This document shows, one piece after another, positions 8,309-18,267 of a stretch of DNA of 64,000 nt. Below the pieces are notes generated by a model that saw nothing but the letters and a program-made list of their open reading frames with translations, had not been told where the DNA came from and made no database searches. Source of the stretch: a virus (lineage: Duplodnaviria; Caudoviricetes); IMG/VR virus record IMGVR_UViG_2928716645_000002, positions 32,001 to 96,000 of that record. One strand, written 5' to 3'. The first letter of the stretch is position 1. Each line of letters opens with the position of its first letter. The translations under genes were made by a program, and so were the position numbers.

Positions 8309-11300
8309 TTAGCTCCCGAAACCCTTTTGGCGCGACGAAATGGCCTGCGAGATCGGGCCGTTCCGCGCCGCGTCGTCGACCATGAGGCCGGTGACGGCGT
8401 TCTTGAACACGATGTCGACCTGCGTGCCGTTGTTGGACCGGCTGACGCTGGTCTGCGGATCGGAGCCCGACGGCGCGTTGTAGATATTCACGACCACGTT
8501 GCCCGAGGCGCCGCCGTTGTCGTTTGCGGCGCCGATCCCGCCGGCGGAGACGCCCAGGCGACCGTCGGGACCGCGCCGCAGCGGCATCACGGCCTCCTCG
8601 CCAGCCTCACCCATGAGGCCGGTGCCGCCATTGGCCATCGGGAAGAGCGTCGGCCGGGTTACGACGCCACCGCGCGCGAACGGCACGATGTTGCCGCGGG
8701 AGAAGATGTTGCCCAGCGCGCTCGGCGCCACCGGGCCGAACAGGTTGCTGCCGGCGGTACCTGGCGCGCCATAGGTGACGCCGCTCGAGCCGAGGAGCGA
8801 CCCAAAATCGAGGCCTCCACCGGTCAGGCCGCCGAACGAGCTCTGGAGGCTGCGCATCAGCGGGCCAACCACCAGCAGCTTGACGATCATCTCCTCGATT
8901 GCGCGGATCACCAGCTTCGAGGTGTCCGAGAACGCCTGGCCGAAGCTCTTGGTGCTGTCGAGCGCGTCGGTGATGCCGGTCACCAGATCGCTGGAAACGG
9001 TCGACGAGACGGAGGCAAACGCCGCATTGGTGCGGAGGGCTGCGGCCTCGACCGAGCTCAGCGCCGTCGCGACGTCCGGATAGATGGTCTTGAGCTGCTG
9101 CGCGATCTGGACGTCATCGGGCGACAGCAGCGAAGTCTGGGAGCCGAACCGGATATCGTTCTGGACCTGCCTGATGGCGTTTGCCTGAGCCGCGGCGCCC
9201 AAGGCCTTGGCCTGCGCATCGATCGCGGCCTTGTCCTGGTCGGTCATTTGCTTGTGGTTGCGGACCGCATCGGTCAGCGCCGTCATCCGGGCCACGTATT
9301 CGGCCGCGGCGCCGGCGGACATCCCGATGGTCGCAGTCTGAATCGCGGTCGCGTCGGCCTGCGCCTTGATCTGCAGCGAGCCGTCGGCCTGCGCGCGGGC
9401 GAGATCCAGTTGATCCTTGATCTGCTTTGCCGTCAGGCCGGCACCGGCTTCCTGCGCCCGCTGGAGCTCGAGCGTCTTCTGCCGGACGCTGTCCAGGACG
9501 CCGGCCGACTGGCCGAGCGCCGACATCCGCGCCGACTGGACGCTGGAAGCGATGTCGAGTTGCAGGGCCGACGTCGCGCGGCTTGTGTCGGCCGGCGAGG
9601 CGTTGATCTGGGCCGCCTTGGCGCGGATCTGCTCGAGCCCGGCGGCGAGACGCTCCGCGGGGCTGGCCGCAGCGCCGAGGAATTCGACGAGCGCGTTCTT
9701 CGGCAGGGCCGCCAGCGCTGCGCTGGTCGCCGCAATCGACCGCTGCAACTGGTCCATGGTCTGACCGACCTTGGCCAGCTTCTGGTCGACGTCCGGGGCC
9801 GCTGCGAGGTCTTGGAGCAGCTTCAGTTGGTTCTGGAGATCCTGCGTCTGCCCGATAATCGGCAGTGCGGCCCGGATGGCCTGCTGCTGCGCCAGCGATT
9901 GCTGCGCATTGCGGGCATCCTCCGCGGCAGTCTTCTGTCGCTGAAGCGCCGCGGTGAGCTTGTCGACTTGCGCCTGGGCGGCAGCGATTGCAGCGGGGTC
10001 CGCGATGGCCCCCGCCAGAAAACCGGTATTCGGGTCGACAGTTCGTCCCCCGGTCTTCTGCAGAAGGTCAAGTTTCCGCCTCGCCGCCTCCAACTGTGCA
10101 TCGAGCGTCTGCACCGGGTTGAGAACATTGTAGATGCTCTTGCCGATGGAATCCCAGGCATTGGAAACGGCGTTGCCGAGCGCCGTCCACGCCGTCCGCG
10201 TCGTCGACACCGTGTTCGCGACGTCTACCAAGCCCGATTTCACGGCGGTGGCGAGCACCACCTGGGCGGCATAGACCTTGTTCTGAGCGACGAGGTCCGC
10301 GATGTTTTGCTTCGTCGCGGCATCCAGGAAGCCGAGCCGCTGATTGAGATCCTCGGCGCCCTTCACCGGATCGGCGAAGGCCTGAGCGAGCGTCTTCGCC
10401 GCTTCCGATGCATCGGTGCCGTAGATGGTCGCGATATCCTTGCCCATCTGGACGATCGGCAGGATGTTGTCGTTCGCGATCTTGCCGGTCTCCGCCAGCG
10501 TTGCCGCAAATGAGCGCGCTTCCGCCACGGAAAACCCGGACCGGGAAGCGCCGGCGTCGGCGAGCGAGTTGATGCTGCCCGGCGTCGCGCCGCTCGCGCG
10601 GCCGGATCCAAGCAGGGACCGGTTCACCTCCTGCTGCTTGTCCTGGAACGAGATCAGCGCCGCGACGCCGAGCCCGATCGCGCCGGCGATGCCGCCCCAA
10701 ACAACGCGGCCGACGCTGAGCAGGCCGAGGAACTTCGACCCGATCGTGCTAGCGAAGTCGGTGATGCTCGCCTTCGACGATTGGAAGATCTGGAAGACCT
10801 GGCCGCCCTGCTGCGCCAAGATCATGAATGGCGATTGGCCGAGAGCAATGCCGGTCAGAACGTCGTTAAGCTGGTAACCGAGGTTCGTCAGTTCGCCAGA
10901 TGCGACGCGCCCCACGGTGCTGGCATTCTTCAGCTGCTGCTGGACGTCGGTTAGTCGCTTCGCCAGCATCACCTGCGCCTGCTCGTACTCGCCGGTCGAG
11001 ATGTAGCCGTCGTTCAGCAGCTTCTTGTAGGACGCCATTTCGGCGCCCAGCCGCGTGAATTCCGTCTCCAGCGGCGCGATCTTGGCGCGCAGCTGCTCGG
11101 CCGCGGCGGTCATCTTCTGCTCGGCGGCGATCGCTTCATCGAATTCGGCCGCCATCGCTGCGCCGGCGGCGTCGATATCCATGAACGCAGCGGCGGAGGC
11201 CCTCGCCGATTTCGTGACCTGGTCGTAGCCGTAGGCCTGCGCGACCGCCTGCTGCGTGCTCGCAGCGATGTGCGCGGCCCGCGCCTGCTCAATCTGGTCC

Positions 11301-12142
11301 AGCCGCGCCACCTGCGCGGCAAGCGCTTCATAGGTGGCACCCTGCGACGTCGCCGAGGCGCCGCCGCCGCCCAGCGCTTCGGTCAGGCTGCGCTGGAAAT
11401 TGGCGCCGGCCTGCTCCGCACGCATCCTGGCGATATCGTCCAGTTGCCGCAGATTGGCGTCGAAGACGCTCCCGGAGTCCTTCGCCGATTTCGCCGCGCC
11501 GGCAATCATCAGGCGGTCGAGATCCTGACCGAATGCCGCACCTGCCTCTGCCGCCCTGGCCCGCGCAATCCCCTCGAGGCCGCCGAACTGAGCCATGAAG
11601 GCGTCAGCGCTCTCTTGCGCCGATTTGGTGTCGCCGCCGATGTTGAACTGCGCGTTGATCGCGGCCTGGGACCGCTGCGCCACGGTCAACTGCTCGATCG
11701 CGGCCGCGGCGCGCGTCGCCACCTCGGCATGGACCGAGTATTCCTCGTTCAGACGCGTGACGGCGCCGGCGATCGAGACGAACCCCTTCTCGGCCAGCGA
11801 CGCGGCGTCGGCGGTCAGGCCGAACTTCTGATAGGCGGCGTCGAGGAGCAGGTTGACGCGGTCAAGGCCCATGCCACGGTCGGCGGCGTTGCCGATGCGG
11901 CGAATGATGGCCTCGAACTGCGCGCCGGCGCCGTAGCCGTCGAGCAGCGATTTGCTGACCGAGGCCATGCCGCCCGGGATCTTCGCCAGCGCGGCATCCG
12001 ACTGCGCCAGCGCCGCATTGCGAGCCTTGTCGCTCGCAATCATCTTGTTGTCGGCGTCGACCTTCTGCTGCGCGCCCCGGACATAGCCCGAGGCATCGAA
12101 GTCAGAGGTGACCCGCAGGGACGACAGCGCCACTCCCGCCAT
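8309..12142 (-). CDS. Tail tape measure protein
   Basis: 1277 aa, Ala/Gln-rich and helical; NLGYQLNDV..GIALGQSPFMILAQQGGQ (lambda-type) and C-terminal FARGGVV.RPT.F...GLMGEAGEEAVMPL. Confidence 0.95.
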   Translation of the reverse strand: MAGVALSSLRVTSDFDASGYVRGAQQKVDADNKMIASDKARNAALAQSDAALAKIPGGMASVSKSLLDGYGAGAQFEAIIRRIGNAADRGMGLDRVNLLLDAAYQKFGLTADAASLAEKGFVSIAGAVTRLNEEYSVHAEVATRAAAAIEQLTVAQRSQAAINAQFNIGGDTKSAQESADAFMAQFGGLEGIARARAAEAGAAFGQDLDRLMIAGAAKSAKDSGSVFDANLRQLDDIARMRAEQAGANFQRSLTEALGGGGASATSQGATYEALAAQVARLDQIEQARAAHIAASTQQAVAQAYGYDQVTKSARASAAAFMDIDAAGAAMAAEFDEAIAAEQKMTAAAEQLRAKIAPLETEFTRLGAEMASYKKLLNDGYISTGEYEQAQVMLAKRLTDVQQQLKNASTVGRVASGELTNLGYQLNDVLTGIALGQSPFMILAQQGGQVFQIFQSSKASITDFASTIGSKFLGLLSVGRVVWGGIAGAIGLGVAALISFQDKQQEVNRSLLGSGRASGATPGSINSLADAGASRSGFSVAEARSFAATLAETGKIANDNILPIVQMGKDIATIYGTDASEAAKTLAQAFADPVKGAEDLNQRLGFLDAATKQNIADLVAQNKVYAAQVVLATAVKSGLVDVANTVSTTRTAWTALGNAVSNAWDSIGKSIYNVLNPVQTLDAQLEAARRKLDLLQKTGGRTVDPNTGFLAGAIADPAAIAAAQAQVDKLTAALQRQKTAAEDARNAQQSLAQQQAIRAALPIIGQTQDLQNQLKLLQDLAAAPDVDQKLAKVGQTMDQLQRSIAATSAALAALPKNALVEFLGAAASPAERLAAGLEQIRAKAAQINASPADTSRATSALQLDIASSVQSARMSALGQSAGVLDSVRQKTLELQRAQEAGAGLTAKQIKDQLDLARAQADGSLQIKAQADATAIQTATIGMSAGAAAEYVARMTALTDAVRNHKQMTDQDKAAIDAQAKALGAAAQANAIRQVQNDIRFGSQTSLLSPDDVQIAQQLKTIYPDVATALSSVEAAALRTNAAFASVSSTVSSDLVTGITDALDSTKSFGQAFSDTSKLVIRAIEEMIVKLLVVGPLMRSLQSSFGGLTGGGLDFGSLLGSSGVTYGAPGTAGSNLFGPVAPSALGNIFSRGNIVPFARGGVVTRPTLFPMANGGTGLMGEAGEEAVMPLRRGPDGRLGVSAGGIGAANDNGGASGNVVVNIYNAPSGSDPQTSVSRSNNGTQVDIVFKNAVTGLMVDDAARNGPISQAISSRQKGFGS

Positions 12143-12538
12143 TTACGTGCCCTCCCTCTCTCAATGCCTTGCGGCTTTCTTCGGCTTCCTTCTCCCGATC
12201 GGCCTCGCGCTGAACGTGCTCGAGAAATTCCTCGTCCATGGCGCTGACAAACGCCAAGAACGTCTCGAACTCGACGCCACGAATGTCATAGCGTCGCGCG
12301 TAGGTATCGATGGAAAGGAAGGTGATGGGTGACTGGCCGCCCATGGCGCCGTATTGCCGATCGAACCGAAGGGCATGCCATGCACGCCAATAAGTTCCGG
12401 CCCAGAATGGCAATACGGTATCGTCGGGCCGCTCTGCCTCTGCCGCGAACTCTACGGCGTCAGGATCTTCTTCGGCTAGTTCGAGAAGCCAGTCGTCAAT
12501 GCCCTTCTGCTCGAACTCATAGCGAAGGGCCGCCCTCA
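12102..12538 (-). CDS. Tail assembly chaperone, frameshift extension (gpT-like)
   Basis: The -1 frame is open from the slippery site at 12539-12545 (LRAALRYEFEQKGIDDWLL...) into the track ORF PFWAGTYWRAWHALRFDR. Confidence 0.8.
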
Positions 12539-12982
12539 GTTTTTTATTTTGGCCGCGACGAACTCGGCCTCTTCACGGCCGACTCGCGTCGCCGCGCCGT
12601 AGATCGAGCCGCGGATATACCGGTACTCGGGATCAGTCAGGATCTCGATCGCCTTCTCCGGCGAGAACGGAATGTCCTGCTCATCGTCGTCGACCAGGCC
12701 CTCCCAGCCGAGCAAGAGGTGCTCGACAGCTAGATTGCCGTGGGCCTCGGCGAGAACGTCGTCGGGGACGTTATCGCCGTACTTTCGGGCAAGCTTGGCG
12801 CCGATGGCGTCCCTTGCGATCTTGAAGGGAGCGTAATTCGTCGATCGAACGAACCAACGGATGGCACCGGAGGGGTCGATATCGATCGCCGGTATCCAGT
12901 CGCCCTCTCGCTCCTTCTGGCTGTCGGCCCTCATTGAGGACAACTTCAACTTACGCACTGTCTTTTCGGGGGTTTCAGTCAT
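12536..12982 (-). CDS. Tail assembly chaperone (gpG-like)
   Basis: Between tail tube and tape measure; LLLGWEG...PFSPEKA motif; ends ...KIKN on A AAA AAC. Confidence 0.85.
   Translation of the reverse strand: MTETPEKTVRKLKLSSMRADSQKEREGDWIPAIDIDPSGAIRWFVRSTNYAPFKIARDAIGAKLARKYGDNVPDDVLAEAHGNLAVEHLLLGWEGLVDDDEQDIPFSPEKAIEILTDPEYRYIRGSIYGAATRVGREEAEFVAAKIKN
12539..12545 (-). other. Programmed -1 ribosomal frameshift heptamer A AAA AAC
   Basis: X XXY YYZ heptamer immediately before the chaperone stop; the -1 frame is open to 12102. Confidence 0.85.
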
Positions 12983-13157
12983 GGCTTGGTGTCACCTTGG
13001 TGAGCAAGGGAAGCCTGGCGGGCGCCAGGGGGTGACCAGCGATCCTGAGGACACCAATCCTCTACCGGCACCGACCGGTCCGGATCGCTGGGATTTCGGG
13101 GCACCGCGCAACGCGCGCGATGCTGTTGGCGAATTCGTTCGGCGCAGTCGCCGCCGG

Positions 13158-14639
13158 CTATTCGACGTACTCGAAGCGATCGAGCAGGATGTGCGCGTTG
13201 GTCGCGACGTCCTGCGCGGCCTGGTAATCGAAGTCGGCCATGACCTGCGTGTTCTTGGCCGTGGCCTGCGGGTTGCCGCCACCGCGATAAACCGCTCGCG
13301 GCACCTGCCAGATCAGCGCCTGGCCGTTCTTCTGAACCCGCGAGTTGATATTGCGGGGGGTACCGTTCCGGAACGCCAACACCTCGGTCAGGCTGCCGAA
13401 ATAGGTCGTCAGCTTGCCGGTGACGGTGCATTCGCCGTCATCCAGCCCAACCGGCGCGTCGGAGTCGACCGCGTCCAGCGCCTGCAGATTGTTGTTGATC
13501 TGGACCGAGAAGCCCTTGGCCCAGTTCGGCGAGCCGAGTTGCGCCTGGTTGACACCGAGACGGCCGACGTTCGCATTGGCCGCCATGACGACACCCGTCG
13601 TCACCGGATCCGGGGTCGCGTCGAGCGTCACAGTCGTCTCGTCACCGCCGAGGCCCAAGAAATCCGCGGACCACTTCAGCTTGTCGCCGCTCTGCATGTC
13701 GACGTTGAAGGTGTTCACCCGCATGCCGAGATACTTGATGAACGCCGGCGTCTGCATGCCGAGAAAGCCCTTCTCGATAGTCATCGTGTTGGGCGTGACG
13801 CCGTTCTTGATCTGGTCGCTGACGAAAACCGAGATCGTCTTGCCGGTGCCGGGATCGGCTGCCCAGCCCGACGGCAGATTGTCCAGTGTCAGTTTGTTGG
13901 CGGCGATCGCAGCGATGCGCGCGTAAGCCGCATTCCGAGCCTTGGCGCCGGCGGTGACCAGGAAGGCGAACGTCGAAGCGTCGGCGGTGCCGCCAACCTT
14001 GATCCACTGTCCGACAGCGAGACCGAGCGTGGTGAAATCGAGGGTCGTGGACCCCAGCCCGTCGACCAGCGCCGTGACGTCGCTGGCGACACCGGCGAAA
14101 CCGACCACCTTGAGCCGTGCGGTACCTGGAGGCGCCGCCTCCGCGACCATGCCGGCGCCGCCGACAACGGTGGTGCCCGTGGACGCCGAGGCGCGGAAGA
14201 TCTGGTTGTTCGCCGCCTGGCCGAAGCCGGTCGCGCGCACCAGCATGCCGATCTTCACCGCGGCACCGCCCGACACCACGGCATAGGTGCTCGCCGTGGT
14301 GCCGGCATCGGTGACGACGCTGTCCGCGGTGCCATCGTTGAAGAACACCGGGGCATTCACCCACGTATTCTCGAACGCCGACATGAGGAGTTCGGACAGC
14401 GGCGAGCCATCGTCGGGGAAGGAGATCTCGCCGTTGATGCCGCCGTTGGTCGTCTCGTTCGTCTTGATCGGATCGCCGAGCATGCGGTCATCGCGGATCT
14501 CTTCCGAGTCCACATACGTCGGCGCCAGGGAAAGCGACTCGCCGGTCATCCTGACCTTGCGCATGCGCGGCGTCGTCGGGGTGACGCCGGGCGTGGTCTC
14601 CCGAACGAGAGCGAGTTGCGTACGGTTGGATGAGGTCAC
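13158..14639 (-). CDS. Major tail tube protein
   Basis: SNRTQLA.VRETTPGVTP, SEEIR.DR, CTVTG.LTTYF motifs; upstream of the chaperone; contains a central inserted domain. Confidence 0.85.
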   Translation of the reverse strand: MTSSNRTQLALVRETTPGVTPTTPRMRKVRMTGESLSLAPTYVDSEEIRDDRMLGDPIKTNETTNGGINGEISFPDDGSPLSELLMSAFENTWVNAPVFFNDGTADSVVTDAGTTASTYAVVSGGAAVKIGMLVRATGFGQAANNQIFRASASTGTTVVGGAGMVAEAAPPGTARLKVVGFAGVASDVTALVDGLGSTTLDFTTLGLAVGQWIKVGGTADASTFAFLVTAGAKARNAAYARIAAIAANKLTLDNLPSGWAADPGTGKTISVFVSDQIKNGVTPNTMTIEKGFLGMQTPAFIKYLGMRVNTFNVDMQSGDKLKWSADFLGLGGDETTVTLDATPDPVTTGVVMAANANVGRLGVNQAQLGSPNWAKGFSVQINNNLQALDAVDSDAPVGLDDGECTVTGKLTTYFGSLTEVLAFRNGTPRNINSRVQKNGQALIWQVPRAVYRGGGNPQATAKNTQVMADFDYQAAQDVATNAHILLDRFEYVE

Positions 14640-14654
14640 GGCGTTCTCCCAATG

Positions 14655-14679
14655 AAAAAGGCGCCCGATGGGGCGCCTT
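14655..14679 (-). terminator. Rho-independent terminator-like hairpin
   Basis: Minus strand AAGGCGCCC-CATC-GGGCGCCTT followed by TTT. Confidence 0.6.
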
Positions 14680-14706
14680 GCGTGAGGTCAGCGATGGTTG
14701 GTGGGG

Positions 14707-14952
14707 TTACTTCTCGGAGGTCGCCGGGGCCGCTGGCGGGCTCGTCTCGAGTTTGTTCGGCGGCACGATCACCGGAGCCGGCATCGGCACCGACTTCTCG
14801 TCCTTCTCCTTGATGAAGCCGCGCGACTCCAGCGTCTCGATGCTGTGCGGCTCGAGGTTGTCGTCGGTCTTGACGACGTTGCTGCGCTCATCATCGGGCT
14901 TGAAGCGGCGGTTCACTGTGTTGAATGCCTTCAGGACGGAGTACTCGGTCAT
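14707..14952 (-). CDS. Small hypothetical virion-operon protein
   Basis: MTEYSVLKAFNTVNRRF..., Pro-rich tail. Confidence 0.55.
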   Translation of the reverse strand: MTEYSVLKAFNTVNRRFKPDDERSNVVKTDDNLEPHSIETLESRGFIKEKDEKSVPMPAPVIVPPNKLETSPPAAPATSEK

Positions 14953-14965
14953 GGGCTCATGTCTC

Positions 14966-15439
14966 CTATTGGGCTTCTCGCAAGCCCCATTCGATGCTGG
15001 CGGACAGCAGGTAATAGTTCCCGTTCTCAGCGCCGGGATCACCCGCGGCCAGGTCAGCGGCCAAGAACTCCAGTCGGTCTTCCAGCAGCGTCAGCCCGCG
15101 GAACATCCGGACGAGCCCCTTCGCGATGCGCCGCGCCGCGACGGCACCGGTTTTGCGAGGCGTGAAGACGTGAAACCAGAGCGTGCCTTCCTCGTCCCAG
15201 CGATTGTCGCCGGCGCCCTCGCCGCCGCCGATGGTTTCCTGGCCGTAGAAGGACGAAACCAGCATGACGAGCACCCACGCCGATATCTCGCCGCTCGGCG
15301 CGCTGTCGCCCTCGTTTTCGTAGACCAGCGGCGCGACGCTGAAATCCCATTGCCCTGGGACCAGGCTGTTGGTCTCGAGATCGACATAGCCGAGGAGCGC
15401 GCGGAGCGCGTCGAACACCTCATCGTTGGGCAGATCCAT
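14966..15439 (-). CDS. Tail terminator / completion protein
   Basis: Start MDLPNDEVF by TGATG coupling; YENE...WV...EEGTLWFHVFTP..TG pattern; synteny. Confidence 0.7.
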   Translation of the reverse strand: MDLPNDEVFDALRALLGYVDLETNSLVPGQWDFSVAPLVYENEGDSAPSGEISAWVLVMLVSSFYGQETIGGGEGAGDNRWDEEGTLWFHVFTPRKTGAVAARRIAKGLVRMFRGLTLLEDRLEFLAADLAAGDPGAENGNYYLLSASIEWGLREAQ

Positions 15440-16092
15440 CAGGACACCTTCATCGACAGCACCAGCGCCGGATAGGTCATCTGCGCGCCGGCCATGGTGT
15501 CGGGCCGCAGCTTTCGGCGCGCATATGGCCGATAGCCCCGCCGGAATTGGCCCTTCAGGATGTAGCCACCCGGCAGCGGGATCAGCGTGCGCTTCGCCGT
15601 AACGAAGTTGCCGAACCGCGCCATAAGGGCCTTCTTGACGTCTTCGATGATGCCCGGCGGCACCGACATCCGCATGTGACCGACATCGATCTTGCGGCTG
15701 TACGGCCGGTTGTTGGTCAGGATCACGGTCGCATTGAGCGGAATTTCGTCGAAGCTCTTCACGATGCCGCCGGGCGTCATGATGAACCAAGATCGTTTGT
15801 AGTCGCCCGAGTCTTCCGGTGAGCGCTCCACCGCAGTCTGAAGCGCGTACTCGACGATTTCGCGCCACCAACGGAAGACATACAGGATCGGGCCCGGCGG
15901 CGTGACGGTCTCTTCTTCGGCGTCGAGCCGACCGTTGACGTATTTGTCGTACCGCTCCGAGCCGATGCCTTCCTGGATCGCCTTCGACAATTCGGAGCGC
16001 GCGAAGGCGGCCATTTCCTTGGCGATGTTCTCCGGTGCGATCCCCGCAGTTGCGAACTTGAGATCCCGCTCAAACGTCGAGATGCGGGGCAT
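15439..16092 (-). CDS. HK97 gp10-like neck / tail-completion protein
   Basis: SPEDSGDYKRSW and NNRPYSRKI motifs. Confidence 0.7.
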   Translation of the reverse strand: MPRISTFERDLKFATAGIAPENIAKEMAAFARSELSKAIQEGIGSERYDKYVNGRLDAEEETVTPPGPILYVFRWWREIVEYALQTAVERSPEDSGDYKRSWFIMTPGGIVKSFDEIPLNATVILTNNRPYSRKIDVGHMRMSVPPGIIEDVKKALMARFGNFVTAKRTLIPLPGGYILKGQFRRGYRPYARRKLRPDTMAGAQMTYPALVLSMKVS

Positions 16093-16094
16093 TT

Positions 16095-16475
16095 CTAGCC
16101 GTCCACGATCATCTTGACGCGAACGATCTCGCTATCGACCGCTATCGGATCGACCGATTTCACCGTCTTGGCGCCCCCTTTGACTATGGCGACATCGCCA
16201 ATGACCGGGATAGCGGGATCAACGTTAAAGGGGGGCGCGGCCGGAGCTGGAGCGTGTTGCGGCCAACCATCTGCCCGGATCTGCGTCATGGAGATGATCA
16301 CGACGAACGGCTGCTTGTAGATTCCGGCTGCAATGGCCTCGGCGTTCAGGCGATAGCTGCGGACATGCGCCCGTACGTTGACCTCGTCCTTGTGAGCGCC
16401 GATGACGCGGCGAAGAACGACATCTTCACCCTCGTCCGCCAGCGATGCGTCCAGATCGTCGATGTGATCCGACAT
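16095..16475 (-). CDS. Head closure / head-tail joining protein
   Basis: GEDVVLRR...P..GD motifs; synteny after the connector. Confidence 0.6.
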   Translation of the reverse strand: MSDHIDDLDASLADEGEDVVLRRVIGAHKDEVNVRAHVRSYRLNAEAIAAGIYKQPFVVIISMTQIRADGWPQHAPAPAAPPFNVDPAIPVIGDVAIVKGGAKTVKSVDPIAVDSEIVRVKMIVDG

Positions 16476-16477
16476 GG

Positions 16478-17167
16478 CTATGCCGCAAGCGCAACGTAGC
16501 GCCACTGGTCGAGAGTGGCGGCGATTTCCGGCGGGAGCGTAGAACTGCCTGGCGTTCCTCCGACCCAGAATACCTTCCGGTCCACGTCGACCACCTCGAT
16601 CTCCTTGAGGAGAGGATCGCGCTTCCGCGCGGAGCGGGCTCCCTTGACGAGATCAATGACCGCCTTCTCGATATCGTAGGGCAACGTGCGATCGTTACCT
16701 GCGTCCTGCAGTCGGTAGCCTGCGGTGAACGAGACCACCACCTTGTGGCAACCATGCCAGGAGGAGACCCTGTCGTTTCGAAGCCGCGATAGCAGGCCGG
16801 CCGCACCGTCGATTTCGAAATCGGCCTCTTGGAGCGCAGTGTCGCCGACAACAACCGAGGCCACCGCGGTCACGGGGCGCCTGGCCAAGATCAAATGCCG
16901 GCGCGGGTTCGCCGCACCGACGCCGCTAAACCTCCGAATCCCGTGATCCTCGAAGCGAAACGTCTGGACCAACTCCTCCGAAGCCAGCGTCATCGAGCCA
17001 TCGGACGCCTGCGGCACCCGGAGATAGGCGCAAACCGCGGCCGAGGCCTGATTTATCTTCTCCGTCAGGTACGCGTCCTCGGCAGATCCGGAAATTCCGA
17101 GGTCAGCCTTCACGGCCTCAAGCGTGGTGAGCGCTTTCGTGGCGGCCGGTGTCGCGACGGTGAACAT
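16478..17167 (-). CDS. Head-tail connector (gp6-like)
   Basis: LTTLEAVKADLGI...DAYL...I.QAS...YL.R, FTAGY, LP.DIEKA motifs. Confidence 0.8.
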   Translation of the reverse strand: MFTVATPAATKALTTLEAVKADLGISGSAEDAYLTEKINQASAAVCAYLRVPQASDGSMTLASEELVQTFRFEDHGIRRFSGVGAANPRRHLILARRPVTAVASVVVGDTALQEADFEIDGAAGLLSRLRNDRVSSWHGCHKVVVSFTAGYRLQDAGNDRTLPYDIEKAVIDLVKGARSARKRDPLLKEIEVVDVDRKVFWVGGTPGSSTLPPEIAATLDQWRYVALAA

Positions 17168-17189
17168 CGGCGCCTCGCGCTACCAGATC

Positions 17190-17660
17190 CTAAGCAATCG
17201 GAGTCGCGCCGTCGCCGGCGATCTGGCCGTCGGGGCTTTTGACTTCGCTCTGCGGGGACGGAACATCGAGACCGAGCGCCTCGAGCGCGCGCTGAATGGC
17301 CGAGATCACCTCGGCTTCCGACGTCGCCGCCGCGATGTCGATCTTGTGCTCGGCGGCGATGGCTTCGAGTTGCGCATGCGTCAGAAGAGCGAGCTTTGCA
17401 GTCGCCTCGTCACGCTTGGCCTGCAGTTCGGCAGCGGCTTGAACGCGCGCCTGCTCTTCCTCGAGCAATCTTGCGGCCTCATCGTCCTCGACACCGCGGT
17501 CCATCTTGGATTCGCGGGTCTCTTTGGCCCATTTTTCGGCGATCGCAGCCTCGGCAAGCGCACCGGAGACCTCCTCACCGACCAAAATCTGACGCGGATA
17601 GACGCTGCCATCTTCGACGCCGGAGAATTCCTTTGTGACCTTTGCGCGGATGAGGCTCAT
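17190..17660 (-). CDS. Hypothetical protein with C-terminal Rho-N/HeH-like helical domain
   Basis: LTHAQLEAIAAEHKIDI....EAEVISAI pattern; head region. Confidence 0.55.
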   Translation of the reverse strand: MSLIRAKVTKEFSGVEDGSVYPRQILVGEEVSGALAEAAIAEKWAKETRESKMDRGVEDDEAARLLEEEQARVQAAAELQAKRDEATAKLALLTHAQLEAIAAEHKIDIAAATSEAEVISAIQRALEALGLDVPSPQSEVKSPDGQIAGDGATPIA

Positions 17661-17672
17661 GCTGATCTCTCA

Positions 17673-17769
17673 TTTCTGGGCGAAAAATCGCGAAAAATGG
17701 CTCAAAATGAGCGATTTTTCGCGATTTTGGCTGTTTTTGGGTCAAAAGTCGCTGTTTTTGGCTTGTTTT
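17673..17769. other. Intergenic helically phased A/T-tract segment with long imperfect inverted repeat
   Basis: Tracts start at 17683, 17693, 17704, 17715, 17725, 17734, 17744, 17755 and 17766; inverted repeat AAAATCGCGAAAAATGGCTCA / TGAGCGATTTTTCGCGATTTT. Confidence 0.7.
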
Positions 17770-17823
17770 CGGGCGTTCTCGGCCGGCTCCCGCGAACGAA
17801 AGCCGGCCGAGTTGAGCGCTGAA

Positions 17824-18267
17824 TTACGACACCGCCTGAACGACCGGCGCGTTGTTGGCGCCATCCAGGATGGCCATAGCGGCAAAAGCCGCGGCGCCAG
17901 CGTTGTTCGCCGGCGTGACAGTCAAGCGCGTGTAGCGCTTGCTGCCCCGATAGCCGAGCTTGCGGACCTGTCCGTCGCTATCGAACTTGAAACCGGCGGC
18001 CGTCAGCGGAGCGACGCCGACAGTCTCGCTGATCATGTCGCCATCGGCGACGGTGTTCGCGCCCGACATATCGGCATTGTTGCTCTCCTCGAGCAGAACG
18101 GCGAACGTCGCGTCGGCGTCGGCGACCGCGCCGATCTGGATGGCGTACGTCAGCCGGGTGAAGCCCTGGATGTCGATGATCGAACCGACCTGGGCGGTGT
18201 TGTCGGCAACCGAGACGGCCGCGAGGACCGCCTTCAACTGCATTCCATTGGCGCTATCGCGGCGCAT
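17824..18267 (-). CDS. Capsid decoration / cement protein
   Basis: IIDIQGF...L.ES...GYRGSKRY.RL motif; directly after the capsid gene. Confidence 0.7.
   Translation of the reverse strand: MRRDSANGMQLKAVLAAVSVADNTAQVGSIIDIQGFTRLTYAIQIGAVADADATFAVLLEESNNADMSGANTVADGDMISETVGVAPLTAAGFKFDSDGQVRKLGYRGSKRYTRLTVTPANNAGAAAFAAMAILDGANNAPVVQAVS

Noticed and set aside
7793-10513. 906 aa plus-strand ORF
   Set aside because: Antisense shadow of the tape measure gene; an expected artefact of high-GC codon bias.
12861-14633. 590 aa plus-strand ORF
   Set aside because: Antisense to the tail tube gene, with no recognisable motifs.
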